A stretch of 64,000 nt of DNA from a phage, in the NCBI GenBank assembly GCA_036253055.1, contig GCA_036253055.1_4124.1. One strand, given 5' to 3'. Under the pieces are notes generated by a model. That model ran no database searches, was not told the DNA's origin, and saw only the letters and a program-made list of their open reading frames with translations. Shown here piece after piece: positions 16,948 through 26,089 of the stretch. The translations under genes and the position numbers were made by a program. Numbering within the stretch: position 1 is the stretch's first letter; every line of letters starts with the position of its first letter.

Positions 16948-17136
16948 TTAATTAAATTCCATAAAATCATTTTCAACGTGCACAACAATCTGATTATTTT
17001 TAAAGGACGCAGAAAACTCTATACAATCATAAACCGCTTTTTCTGTTACCAGACTATGAGCACCAATCGGATTAATTGGGGATTGAATTGTTTCAATCTC
17101 GTTACCCTGCTCATTTACAATTAAAATATTAAACAT
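16948..17136 (-). CDS. hypothetical protein
   Basis: 62 aa; SD AGGAG. Confidence 0.5.
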   Translation of the reverse strand: MFNILIVNEQGNEIETIQSPINPIGAHSLVTEKAVYDCIEFSASFKNNQIVVHVENDFMEFN

Positions 17137-17210
17137 TGTCGTTACTCCTGGATAGTGTTAACTCGATGTAAACAATTATACAGTACTGGAAACTAATTGC
17201 AAGTACTTTT

Positions 17211-17414
17211 TTAATTTAATTGCTTTAAAACAAAATCAAAGACACCACGCACATCATTGATCATCGCCTGGCGGTTAGCAGGTAACGCATCAGGATCGCC
17301 ACTATCCCAGGCATTAATGAAGCCACTTAAATCATGGAATACTTTATTCCGTAACCCGATCAACTGCAATTCTTTTTCTTCAAGCTCTTTGATACGTTCA
17401 ATTAAATCACTCAT
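17211..17414 (-). CDS. hypothetical protein
   Basis: Start moved to ATG 17412-17414 (SD GAGGA). Confidence 0.45.
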   Translation of the reverse strand: MSDLIERIKELEEKELQLIGLRNKVFHDLSGFINAWDSGDPDALPANRQAMINDVRGVFDFVLKQLN

Positions 17415-17431
17415 TAGATAATCCTCAGTAC

Positions 17432-17716
17432 TCAATTGTAAGATCCACATCGTTCGCAGTAGTGTTCATCTTCCTCATCTTCTACCACTTGCCCGATGAA
17501 ATGATCTACTTTCGCTTTCAGGTTATTATAATCGTTTTCTACTTCCTGTAAACGTTCCTGGTAGTATTCCAGGGCTTCAACAAATGCAGCTTCCTCTGAT
17601 TTTGCTTGCATCGATAAATTCATCCCGCGTGTTTCATCATATAGCCAAAAACCATCGGTGCATTCAGTTATAGATAACGTGTTAGTCAGTACTTTACTAT
17701 TAATTACTTTGCTCAT
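17432..17716 (-). CDS. hypothetical protein
   Basis: 94 aa; C-terminal CERCGSY; SD GAGGA. Confidence 0.5.
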   Translation of the reverse strand: MSKVINSKVLTNTLSITECTDGFWLYDETRGMNLSMQAKSEEAAFVEALEYYQERLQEVENDYNNLKAKVDHFIGQVVEDEEDEHYCERCGSYN

Positions 17717-17801
17717 TAGATAATCCTCATTAAAGGCGGGAACTATTCCCGCTCTCGATATAAAGTATTATACGTTAATCTAATTACTTTGCAAGTACTT
17801 T

Positions 17802-18038
17802 TTAGTGCTTTTTATAAAACATCTCAGCGGTGATATTTTTACCCGTTGGTTGTACTTTATCCAGGATCTTTTGGTGTGCACTACGCCCGAAAGAATAAGA
17901 ACCGTAAACCGTTAGCCAGTAGTCGCCATTTTGGTTTACATGTACCGCACAATAAGGAACGCCCCGCGAATCGTCACCAATGAAGTGTGATACTGTACCC
18001 GTTACGTTTGGCGTTGTAGTTTTGATTTGTTCGATCAT
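17802..18038 (-). CDS. hypothetical protein
   Basis: Start moved to ATG 18036-18038 (SD AGGAG); track start lies in the UTR hairpin. Confidence 0.5.
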   Translation of the reverse strand: MIEQIKTTTPNVTGTVSHFIGDDSRGVPYCAVHVNQNGDYWLTVYGSYSFGRSAHQKILDKVQPTGKNITAEMFYKKH

Positions 18039-18096
18039 TTCTCTTACTCCTGGGATATAGGCGGGAACCATTCCCCGCCATTGATTCAGTACTGAA

Positions 18097-18708
18097 TTAA
18101 TATTCGATAGATTCTACTACATCGTCGATAACGTTAAATTGATATTCGTTACCCTCAATCAGTCCTACAATGTTTTCAGTAGTAAACTGGTCTTCATAAG
18201 CATTTTCTAAATCACGGTACAGCTTACAAGATAATTCTCGGATAGTATCAGTCAGTAAGTTTTCCAGATCCTCAGCCAATGCAGCCTGTTTTACAGTTAA
18301 ATCAGTGTAGCGAGTATCAACGCAACCGCCTACCGTGTTTTCGTGAGCGTAGCGTGATTGGGAACGTTCTACACTCATTTCCAAATCATCTTCGTTCAAC
18401 AGGTGACGGATGGAACGATATTTCGTTAACGCCTTAACCTTGCGTAAAAACTTCTCAGCGTCAACGTGGTCAGTACTGATTGATGCACCGTCACCTTGCG
18501 ACCAAAAACCACTGTATTGCAATTCAGCTTCATCTATGCCGTATTCTGGCAGTACTGTTTCTTTATAGTATTCCAGTACTGATTCAGCAAAGAAATTATC
18601 CTCACTTGCACGTTCCCGATCCCGAACCAGTTCGATAGCCGCCGCTTGTTGTTCTGCGTTCAGTTCAGAAAAATCCATAACGAAAGTAGTAGTAGTGATA
18701 GTTTTCAT
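18097..18708 (-). CDS. acidic hypothetical protein
   Basis: 203 aa; acidic; SD GAGGG. Confidence 0.5.
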   Translation of the reverse strand: MKTITTTTFVMDFSELNAEQQAAAIELVRDRERASEDNFFAESVLEYYKETVLPEYGIDEAELQYSGFWSQGDGASISTDHVDAEKFLRKVKALTKYRSIRHLLNEDDLEMSVERSQSRYAHENTVGGCVDTRYTDLTVKQAALAEDLENLLTDTIRELSCKLYRDLENAYEDQFTTENIVGLIEGNEYQFNVIDDVVESIEY

Positions 18709-19007
18709 TTTGTAACCCTCATTCAGTAGTTGATGTAAGTATTATACGCTTTTAAAAACAATTGTCAAACTATTTTATCAGGGGAGTTTTTCGTGTGCCT
18801 TACTCCTGGGCTACTTAACGGGAAGTTACTTATTTCGTTCCCCGTCCTGATGTAAAACATTATACGCCTTTAAACATAGTTTGCAAGTACTTTTTGAAAA
18901 TAGTTTTTATCTCTTTCATATAGATACATTCCCGCACCCTATGGGCTATCGCCTTGTGTCCGGCTTGTAAGTATTATCTCACTAAGCCGGATAACGGTCA
19001 AGTACTT

Positions 19008-19274
19008 TTATTCAAGTACTGCAATCTTTTTAGTACTGTACACAGTAACGCGGTTGCCCTTGCGGTCGTGCTTTATTTCTACCACGCGACGCGATACACT
19101 ATCAGGACGCTTTAAAGCAGATAGCCAGTACTGAATTGATCGGGCTGTACTTTGCTTTACTACGGCCCAACGTTTACCACGTTCAGATTGTACGCCCATA
19201 TCTTTAAACGTTGCCCCGTCCTGGCGTGCTGCAATCCGAGCTAGTTCACGCGTCGCAAAATATGTAATAGTCAT
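19008..19274 (-). CDS. hypothetical protein, paralog of 6591..6986
   Basis: Start moved to ATG 19272-19274 (SD AGGGG); shared FATRELARIAAR and HDRKGNRVTVYS motifs. Confidence 0.5.
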   Translation of the reverse strand: MTITYFATRELARIAARQDGATFKDMGVQSERGKRWAVVKQSTARSIQYWLSALKRPDSVSRRVVEIKHDRKGNRVTVYSTKKIAVLE

Positions 19275-19357
19275 GCTGTTACCCCTATCGTTGATGTACA
19301 AAAAGAACTTTATTATAAAGTACTATCACCGTGCAATAGTACTTTTAATCTATTCTC

Positions 19358-19597
19358 TTACATTCCAACCATCGCCGCACGGATCGCAGTAGTACTATAC
19401 TTAAAGCCGTCCGGTGTTTTATCTTGTCCAGTCTGTTCTAAAAATAGCATCATATGACGGGCCGCATCATTACGATTAGTGTTAGCGGCAATAAAGTCCT
19501 GGGCCAACCGGTATAATGATTCGTCGTTATTAATCCAAAGGCTTACATTCCATTGAGTTTTGTTTTTGTGTCCTAAGAACATTTTTGATTTAGCCAT
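19358..19597 (-). CDS. hypothetical protein
   Basis: Start moved to ATG 19595-19597; track N-terminus is translated promoter. Confidence 0.45.
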   Translation of the reverse strand: MAKSKMFLGHKNKTQWNVSLWINNDESLYRLAQDFIAANTNRNDAARHMMLFLEQTGQDKTPDGFKYSTTAIRAAMVGM

Positions 19598-19691
19598 TTT
19601 TAAATCCTCTTTATTATAGTGGGGAACTATTCCCCACCTGATGTAAAACATTATACGCTTTTAAACTTAGTTTGCAAGTACTTTATTAAAC

Positions 19692-20054
19692 TTATTCGTA
19701 AATCTTGCCACTGTCAGCCCATACCAGGAAACGAGGCATATTATCCCATGCATCTTGTTTTAAGTTTAAGCCGTGTAATACTTCTGTACTTTCCATTCCT
19801 GGTACTGGCTTGCTATACACTGCAAACATTTCGCCCATGTACTGATAAGCCATCGTTAAATCAGTCTGGATCATCTTATGGATCATTGCATCCAGCATTG
19901 CAGTAGCGGCATACTGTTCACGCTTAAGCGGCAGCATTGCAATCAATTCCCGATAAGCTGCAATGTGAATCCGTACAGTCTCAGCGGGAAGATCTTTCAT
20001 CTCTTCACGGAAAGAAACCAGGTTAAGCATGATAGTATTGATTTGAGTCGCCAT
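19692..20054 (-). CDS. hypothetical protein
   Basis: Start moved to ATG 20052-20054; track N-terminus MFYIESGN is translated promoter. Confidence 0.5.
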   Translation of the reverse strand: MATQINTIMLNLVSFREEMKDLPAETVRIHIAAYRELIAMLPLKREQYAATAMLDAMIHKMIQTDLTMAYQYMGEMFAVYSKPVPGMESTEVLHGLNLKQDAWDNMPRFLVWADSGKIYE

Positions 20055-20417
20055 CGTTTTAATCTCTTTTAAAGTGTAGCGGGAAGTGTTCCCGCTCTCG
20101 ATGTAAAACATTCTACACCTTTCCCAATACTTTGCAAGTACTTTCTACAAATACTTTTAAAATAGTTTTCTTTCTATATAGGGGAACTATCTTTCAGTAC
20201 TGCAACCATCCAGGGGAACTATCTTTCTATATAGTAGTACTATGATTCAGTACTGAATCAATCCACCAAATCATCCCGATACCCCGTAAAACGGCCTCAG
20301 ACGCATTCTAACGCATTAATACACCTAAGCTATACATTTGCACCATTCCAATCATTCCAGGGCTTTACAGGCCGTTTAAACGCGTTAAATTATTTTCAAT
20401 TATTTTGTTTTTAGCTA

Positions 20418-20445
20418 TTGACTCAGTACTAAAAAAGCGTATAAT
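20418..20445 (+). promoter_or_regulatory. plus-strand sigma70 consensus promoter (TTGACT, 16 nt, TATAAT) in ORF-free region
   Basis: Perfect -10 TATAAT 20440-20445; no ORF downstream. Confidence 0.45.
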
Positions 20446-20880
20446 TACTACATAGACGCGAGAAAGCGGATACCCCAGGGGGTGGGAAGATCCGTCCAAA
20501 ATTCAAGATATAAAAAAAGGATACACTCCCGCACCCTAGCAGGTTAACGCACTTTCTCAGTACTGAATTATAGTACCATAGTCCGGCCCAGGATGGCAAG
20601 CAAATTAATTAAAACTTTTTTCATCCAGGGTATTGCTTTATTTTTCCAGTACTGTATAATAGTTCCATCAAGTCGAGAAAGACTCAAGCCCACCGGGTGC
20701 ATAGTTACGCCCAAAATTCAGTACTGAAAAAATTTTTAAAAATATCCGTCCAGGCCGTTGACATTGCCCCCAGTTTATAAGATAATGATTCCAGATTCAG
20801 AAAAATCTAACTCCAGATACTGCGGGGAAACTATCCCCACGCGGTAGGGGAACTATTGGAAAAAACAAAATAAAATTTTG

Positions 20881-21030
20881 ATTTAGCCGTCTATACTTCC
20901 AGACGTGTAACCATCTAGCCGTTTAGCCGTCCAAACGTCTAGCAATCCAGCCATCCAGAAATCTAGCCGTTTAGCCGTCTAGATGGATAGCCATCTTTAC
21001 TTCCAGACTTCTGGAGGGCTAGACATATCT
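20881..21030. repeat. iteron-like direct repeats (TAGCCGT units; 17-mer CTAGCCGTTTAGCCGTC twice)
   Basis: TAGCCGT at 20884, 20916, 20924, 20964, 20972; ACTTCCAGAC twice; in ORF-free region. Confidence 0.5.
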
Positions 21031-21701
21031 ACGTCCAAAATCCACCCAGGGTAACTACGCCCAAAATCCGTCAGTACTATACCATAGATCTATCTTTTGA
21101 AAGGGAGTATTCAGTACTGTCATCATAGCCCTCACTATGTTACCCTAGGAGGATGAAGACTATCATGTAGTACTGAATACTGTTAGAGGGAATCCACCAG
21201 CACAAGCTGGTGGCATAATGCTTTAGATTAAAATCAGTACTGACACCATTCTGTTAATATCAGTACTGTTATTACGATTTTCATATGAGGTTCAAAAAGA
21301 TGTACCACCACAGGAGGAACTATCTTTTCTGTACTGTCTCACGACAGGAGGTAGAGTAAATGAATTGTTCGCAGCAACTCATCACCCTATGTAGAACATT
21401 ATACAGTACTGAATCATAATGTCAATAGCTTTCTTTCATTATTCAGTACTGAAATCGTATAATCTGTATCGCTACAAAACTCATTATATCCCACAAATCC
21501 TATATGTCCCAACGTAAATTTCAACTTTCGAAGATCCAACTTTTATTTCATAGGTACTCCAAAATTTTTAGGATCGAGATTTAGGATGGAGTACTAACCA
21601 ACTTTTTGCTGGAGCCTCAAGGGGTAATTGAATTTTACCCCGAAGGGTAAAAGGGTAATTGAAATTAAGGTGAAAGTAATAATTCAGTACTAATCATTGC
21701 G

Positions 21702-21928
21702 TGATTACTTTTGATTACATTTGATGTAATTTGCAAAATGGAAAAGGAGCTTGGAAACTACAAAGTACGGCAGACTTCCTCTGCCTACTTAGTGGCATAT
21801 CAGTACTGCTACGTTCTTGATTAAACGTGAACATTCCTGTACTCTAGTACTCACTACTGATCACTACAGTGATTATAAATGATTACTTAAATGTTTATAT
21901 ATGATTACTTATGACTACCTATGATTAC
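21702..21928. repeat. cluster of TGATTAC direct repeats
   Basis: TGATTAC at about 21702, 21713, 21880, 21902, 21922, plus variant ATGACTAC. Confidence 0.4.
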
Positions 21929-21968
21929 GGGGTTTAGCCTGGGGAGAATCCTAGTGATCGCATTTGTC

Positions 21969-22008
21969 CAGGCTGAATTTTAACATATGCAACATATGTT
22001 AAAGCCTG
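21969..22008. repeat. large imperfect palindrome centred on TTAACATATG-CAA-CATATGTTAA
   Basis: Perfect 10-bp arms 21980-21989 and 21993-22002, flanked by CAGGCT/AGCCTG. Confidence 0.55.
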
Positions 22009-22044
22009 TATAATGCTTCCACTACGGAGCTTCCCCTAGCTATA

Positions 22045-22236
22045 TTACTTCCTATATATAATCATTAAGATATAGTAGTACTGATTATACTGTACATTCT
22101 CTTTAATATTATAAGGGTCTATAGCAATCTCGGTACATCTGTTAAATGCATATCTATTAAATGCCAGTGGAATTATAGATCTAATCCATACTTGTTCATT
22201 TTCTTTTAGTTTACTTATATAGAAGTTTTTATACAT
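22045..22236 (-). CDS. small protein, paralog family B (about 60 aa)
   Basis: 63 aa; C-terminal YYYILMIIYRK. Confidence 0.5.
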   Translation of the reverse strand: MYKNFYISKLKENEQVWIRSIIPLAFNRYAFNRCTEIAIDPYNIKENVQYNQYYYILMIIYRK

Positions 22237-22251
22237 AGTATTCTCTATTAA

Positions 22252-22434
22252 TTAATATGATAGTACTAGTGTTAGTACTGAGCACAATTGTTCTTTGTAG
22301 TTCTTAGGGTATATAGAATCTTTTATGCACTCATTGAAGTGCCATAGGTATAATCTTGGGTCGCATTCTTTATATATTCTTACGGGGACGAATGTTAGTT
22401 TTCTTATATAGAATTCTTTATGTTCTTTATTCAT
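22252..22434 (-). CDS. small protein, paralog family B
   Basis: MNKEHKEFYIRKL N-terminus. Confidence 0.5.
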   Translation of the reverse strand: MNKEHKEFYIRKLTFVPVRIYKECDPRLYLWHFNECIKDSIYPKNYKEQLCSVLTLVLSY

Positions 22435-22439
22435 ATTAG

Positions 22440-22625
22440 TTAGTGTCTGTATATAAGTAATAGTAAGAATACGTACTGCACATCTTCATCTTTAGTATTG
22501 AGTACTGTACGTATTGCGTCATTAAACAAGAATATAGTACTTGGGTCATGAGAATTTAAAGGGGTTCTGGGTACGGCATGTTTGTAGTTCCCTTTAACAA
22601 ATTGTGTGTAGTATTCTCTATGCAT
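22440..22625 (-). CDS. small protein, paralog family B
   Basis: MHREYYTQF...LLLLIYRH. Confidence 0.5.
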   Translation of the reverse strand: MHREYYTQFVKGNYKHAVPRTPLNSHDPSTIFLFNDAIRTVLNTKDEDVQYVFLLLLIYRH

Positions 22626-22626
22626 A

Positions 22627-22812
22627 TTAGTACCTATATATTAGGGCGAGAATGTAGTACAATTCATATGGAATGTAATTTGGGGTGATCGCACACTGTG
22701 TATGGTAAATGAATTGTTCGGTATTTTTCTTATCCTTGATATCTATTGGGATTAGTGGTATAAGCATTTGGGAGTTTAGATCCAGATGGCTTAAGTAGAA
22801 TTCTTTATGCAT
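22627..22812 (-). CDS. small protein, paralog family B
   Basis: MHKEFYLSHL...YYILALIYRY. Confidence 0.5.
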   Translation of the reverse strand: MHKEFYLSHLDLNSQMLIPLIPIDIKDKKNTEQFIYHTQCAITPNYIPYELYYILALIYRY

Positions 22813-22821
22813 ATTGTTCTC

Positions 22822-23010
22822 TTAGAATACGAAAGCTAGGTACAGGGTATGATACAGTACTCGATGGTAGCTGTCAAAATCTAGTATACATGCTTTAGTG
22901 CACATAGTAAAATACACTTTATCATTTTGTGCATTGATACCGCGAGGTTTATCTAATAGATTAGTTCTGAGGTACATTGGGAAATATTTTGTGTAGTATT
23001 CTTTATGCAT
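22822..23010 (-). CDS. small protein, paralog family B
   Basis: Start moved to internal MHKEYY (ATG 23008-23010) to match family length. Confidence 0.45.
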   Translation of the reverse strand: MHKEYYTKYFPMYLRTNLLDKPRGINAQNDKVYFTMCTKACILDFDSYHRVLYHTLYLAFVF

Positions 23011-23011
23011 G

Positions 23012-23194
23012 TTAGTACCTGAATATAAGTAGGATAGTGTTATATAGCTGGTCATAACTACTACTATTTTCTATACTTCGTTCTATGCAGTTATTGAATC
23101 CCAGTACTGCCAAATCGTTATCCAGAGGGACTTTATATCTGGCGTAGTGTTCAAAAATGCTGGGGAGAAATTGTGTGTAGTATTCTTTGTGCAT
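23012..23194 (-). CDS. small protein, paralog family B
   Basis: MHKEYYTQF...ILLIFRY. Confidence 0.5.
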   Translation of the reverse strand: MHKEYYTQFLPSIFEHYARYKVPLDNDLAVLGFNNCIERSIENSSSYDQLYNTILLIFRY

Positions 23195-23195
23195 A

Positions 23196-23381
23196 TTAGT
23201 ACCTATATATTAGTAAAAGGATGTGATACAGTACTCGATTATAGTCTTCAATATATATCGAGGATTTAGTGCACTGAATGAAGTAGTCTTTTTCGTAGTT
23301 TTTTTCTATACCCAATGGTTCTGTTGGTACAAGGTGTTGGAGATACATTGGGAGTTTCTCTATGTAGTATTCTTTATGCAT
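23196..23381 (-). CDS. small protein, paralog family B
   Basis: MHKEYYIEKLPMYLQ...LLLIYRY. Confidence 0.5.
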   Translation of the reverse strand: MHKEYYIEKLPMYLQHLVPTEPLGIEKNYEKDYFIQCTKSSIYIEDYNRVLYHILLLIYRY

Positions 23382-23382
23382 G

Positions 23383-23571
23383 TTAGTACTTAAATGTTAG
23401 GGCGAGGATGTAATACAGTTTATATGTTCTATCCTCATACATTAGGGTGTACTTAGTACATTCCTGGAACATTGTTTTTGCGTCATCTTTTATGCCCAAT
23501 GCAACGTTTGGTATATGGCTCTGTAGATACATTGGGAGTTTCTCTATGTAGTATTCTTTGTGGTTATTCAT
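23383..23571 (-). CDS. small protein, paralog family B
   Basis: MNNHKEYYIEKLPMYLQ...ILALTFKY. Confidence 0.5.
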   Translation of the reverse strand: MNNHKEYYIEKLPMYLQSHIPNVALGIKDDAKTMFQECTKYTLMYEDRTYKLYYILALTFKY

Positions 23572-23572
23572 A

Positions 23573-23755
23573 TTAGTACCTGAATGTTAGCATTACTACG
23601 TAGTACAGCATATATGGATTATCATCGTATATGAGCGTGTACTTAGTACATTGTTGGAACATTATCTTTGCGTGATCTTTTATTCCTATTGGTTCTGTTG
23701 GTATATGGTGCTGGAGATGCATAGGGATTTTATCCCTGTAGTATTCTTTGTGCAT
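23573..23755 (-). CDS. small protein, paralog family B
   Basis: MHKEYYRDKIPMHLQ...VVMLTFRY. Confidence 0.5.
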   Translation of the reverse strand: MHKEYYRDKIPMHLQHHIPTEPIGIKDHAKIMFQQCTKYTLIYDDNPYMLYYVVMLTFRY

Positions 23756-23765
23756 GTTGTTCTCT

Positions 23766-23948
23766 TTAGTACTTATATATTAGGAGTAAAATGTTATAGT
23801 ACTGGTTCATTGCGTCATCATTTTCTATAGCACGTTTTACGCTATTCATGTAGTTAGATCGAGCGGCACGAGTTATGAGAAGAACTTTGTATGCAGCAAA
23901 GTATTTTTGCTGCACGGGTAGTTTAGAGATATAGTATTCTTTATACAT
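23766..23948 (-). CDS. small protein, paralog family B
   Basis: Start moved to internal MYKEYY (ATG 23946-23948). Confidence 0.45.
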   Translation of the reverse strand: MYKEYYISKLPVQQKYFAAYKVLLITRAARSNYMNSVKRAIENDDAMNQYYNILLLIYKY

Positions 23949-24612
23949 AGTTTGTAATATACGTAATGAGGTGATGCATTTTCTTATTAGTACTGATAAT
24001 TTCCTGTACATGTTTTGTCAGATTGTACGCGTTTTTATAGAGTACTGGATTATCGATTACAGTACTGTACATGAATAGTTCTTCTTCCTGTAGTTCTTTG
24101 TGTTCTAGTTCTTTGAGGAAATCTACAATTGATTTAGTTTCTTCTGTACGTTGTGCTTGCCAGAAGTGCATATTCTCGTGTACTTTTTTTGAACCCATAT
24201 TGTATATGCCACCCATTTGGAATTGTGCTGTATTGACATCGTGGGAGGTGTTACAATTCCCGAAGAAGTATGTATTCCCGAAGTATAGCATTAAAGTGCA
24301 CGGGGTATTATCCAACTGCATATGGATGATGAAGGATGCGTTCTTTAGTACCTTTGTGCTCGTATTAGTACTCAATACTTTTAAATCAGTATTATAGATA
24401 TTCATATAATGAACAGCTATATTATTTTTTTTCATATACAAATCAAGGTTCTTTGATACGTTAACACCATTTGTACTGGATTTTTCCTTTTTATTTCGTT
24501 TCTTTAGTACATTCGGGTGATACGTATATGCAGATGTAACTGATTCTGCCTGAATACTATTGAGGTACTTAAAGTGCTTAAGGTATTGTTTGCTGTGTGC
24601 ATTAAGTTTCAT
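23941..24612 (-). CDS. hypothetical protein (223 aa) inside the family-B array
   Basis: ORF track; AT-rich; no motif recognised; overlaps next gene start by 8 nt. Confidence 0.45.
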   Translation of the reverse strand: MKLNAHSKQYLKHFKYLNSIQAESVTSAYTYHPNVLKKRNKKEKSSTNGVNVSKNLDLYMKKNNIAVHYMNIYNTDLKVLSTNTSTKVLKNASFIIHMQLDNTPCTLMLYFGNTYFFGNCNTSHDVNTAQFQMGGIYNMGSKKVHENMHFWQAQRTEETKSIVDFLKELEHKELQEEELFMYSTVIDNPVLYKNAYNLTKHVQEIISTNKKMHHLITYITNYV

Positions 24613-24622
24613 TTGGTTTCCT

Positions 24623-24802
24623 TTATATAGATGCCAGGGCGAGGATTTCCCTGTAGGGATTATCTTGTGTTAGTACAGCATAAATGCAGCTATTGAGATT
24701 AATATTTTTAGTACTTTTTGTTCCTAGGTTGTAGTAATCAACGAAGGTGTCGTACATGAAACGGTCTTTTATGGTTATACGTTCTATATAGAATTGTTGC
24801 AT
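24623..24802 (-). CDS. small protein, paralog family B (59 aa)
   Basis: Not in track (<60 aa); hand-translated MQQFYIERITIKD...YREILALASI; SD AAGGAA. Confidence 0.45.
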   Translation of the reverse strand: MQQFYIERITIKDRFMYDTFVDYYNLGTKSTKNINLNSCIYAVLTQDNPYREILALASI

Positions 24803-24810
24803 AGTATTCC

Positions 24811-24993
24811 TTAAATAGCGATTAGTTTCATTACTTCTCTGTATGTGTACTTTTCGTTTTGTGCATCTCTTGTGACGACATATAGGAAGGTGTGTTTATC
24901 TTTTTTGTTCCCGCAATTGTAGAAAATATTGAACTTATTGAAGTTGAATCTTTCGGCGTGTTGTAGTTTAGTTAAATAGAATTCTATGTTCAT
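24811..24993 (-). CDS. small protein, paralog family B (subfamily 2)
   Basis: MNIEFYLTKL...YTYREVMKLIAI. Confidence 0.5.
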   Translation of the reverse strand: MNIEFYLTKLQHAERFNFNKFNIFYNCGNKKDKHTFLYVVTRDAQNEKYTYREVMKLIAI

Positions 24994-25001
24994 TTTCTTC
25001 C

Positions 25002-25187
25002 TTACATTTCAATAAGTTTAAGTACTGCTCGGTACGTGTACTTAGTTGTTAGTGCTTCTTTAATAGAAATACAGAAGTAATGTTGTTTGTCTCTTATACT
25101 GCCGCGTTTGTAGTACCACACATGGGAGTTGTGACTGTACTTGTCTCTGTCGGATAGTTGTTGGTAGTAGTAGCTTATATGATTCAT
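25002..25187 (-). CDS. small protein, paralog family B (subfamily 2)
   Basis: ...YTYRAVLKLIEM. Confidence 0.5.
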   Translation of the reverse strand: MNHISYYYQQLSDRDKYSHNSHVWYYKRGSIRDKQHYFCISIKEALTTKYTYRAVLKLIEM

Positions 25188-25239
25188 TATAATGTAATTA
25201 GCCTTACTATATTAAAGTACTCGGTCCCTGGTGTACCTT

Positions 25240-25434
25240 TTAGAACTTAAAGATGAGGTTCAGGATAGAGCGGTACTTAGTTGCAGGGAACGTATGTTCT
25301 ATTGCATCACGTGTCTCCATCCTGAAATCGTAATTGTAATATAGATTATTCTTTCTCATAGGTCGTGCTAAAGAGAATGATAGCTGTTCTTGCTTGTGTA
25401 GTTTACTACAATAGAAATCTTTATGATTATTCAT
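25240..25434 (-). CDS. small protein, paralog family B (subfamily 2)
   Basis: MNNHKDFYCSKL... Confidence 0.45.
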   Translation of the reverse strand: MNNHKDFYCSKLHKQEQLSFSLARPMRKNNLYYNYDFRMETRDAIEHTFPATKYRSILNLIFKF

Positions 25435-25636
25435 AGAAATATATTAGTCCTATTAAACCTGAGTACTGAATATTTTTGTTATTGCATTCGATTGCTTCTA
25501 GAGTACTACGTATACAATTATTAAAGCAATCTCTGGCGTGTGGTGTATCTATACTTAAAGGTGATACACTCCTTAGAAACAATTGTTCTTCGTTGCTAAG
25601 GTATTTGGTGTAGAATTCTTTATGTTCAGTATTCAT
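25427..25636 (-). CDS. small protein, paralog family B
   Basis: MNTEHKEFYTKYL... Confidence 0.45.
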   Translation of the reverse strand: MNTEHKEFYTKYLSNEEQLFLRSVSPLSIDTPHARDCFNNCIRSTLEAIECNNKNIQYSGLIGLIYFYE

Positions 25637-25637
25637 A

Positions 25638-25847
25638 TTAGTACTCGATTAATAGTGTTAAGATGAAATAGTACTGCATAGACTCGTTACCTTCAAGGAA
25701 ATTCCTTATGAGGTTATTTCTGACTGAGTTAAGCAGAAGTGCCGAACGTTTTGCATTTGCAAGTATAATTTGTTGATGCTCTATGCTATTCTGTTCACCT
25801 TTTGACAGAGCACATAGGTAGTACTGCATAATTTGTTCTTGGGTCAT
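25638..25847 (-). CDS. small protein, paralog family B (divergent)
   Basis: 69 aa; ...YYFILTLLIEY. Confidence 0.4.
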   Translation of the reverse strand: MTQEQIMQYYLCALSKGEQNSIEHQQIILANAKRSALLLNSVRNNLIRNFLEGNESMQYYFILTLLIEY

Positions 25848-26089
25848 ATAGATGCCAGTACTAAAAGGTTAATGAATCGTTTACTTTCGTCAGGGTTTTG
25901 AAGTCCCTCAAAGATGTCCTCTATAAAGCAATTCAACATAAGTGCATTTGTTGGGGTAGTACTTTTTTTGAGGGTATTGATTGCACAGAATTTTGAGAGG
26001 AAGAATGCGAAGTCTTCTGCGTTCATGTAGCTCATATAGTTCTTAGTACTTTGGCTAAGTGCTTGGTAGTGATCTATTACATTGTTCAT
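25844..26089 (-). CDS. small hypothetical protein (first gene of array)
   Basis: 81 aa; 4-nt overlap with downstream gene. Confidence 0.4.
   Translation of the reverse strand: MNNVIDHYQALSQSTKNYMSYMNAEDFAFFLSKFCAINTLKKSTTPTNALMLNCFIEDIFEGLQNPDESKRFINLLVLASI

Noticed and set aside
4916-20111. N-terminal extensions such as MFYIERGK, MVLPxx and MT in ORF-track proteins
   Set aside because: These are translations of the promoter -10 region, the +1 region and the UTR hairpin, often from a TTG inside TTGACA; true starts are the downstream ATG with an SD.
20112-22044. tRNA genes in the long non-coding region
   Set aside because: No GTTCGAATC-type T-loop or cloverleaf-compatible segment was found by eye; this is not a substitute for tRNAscan.
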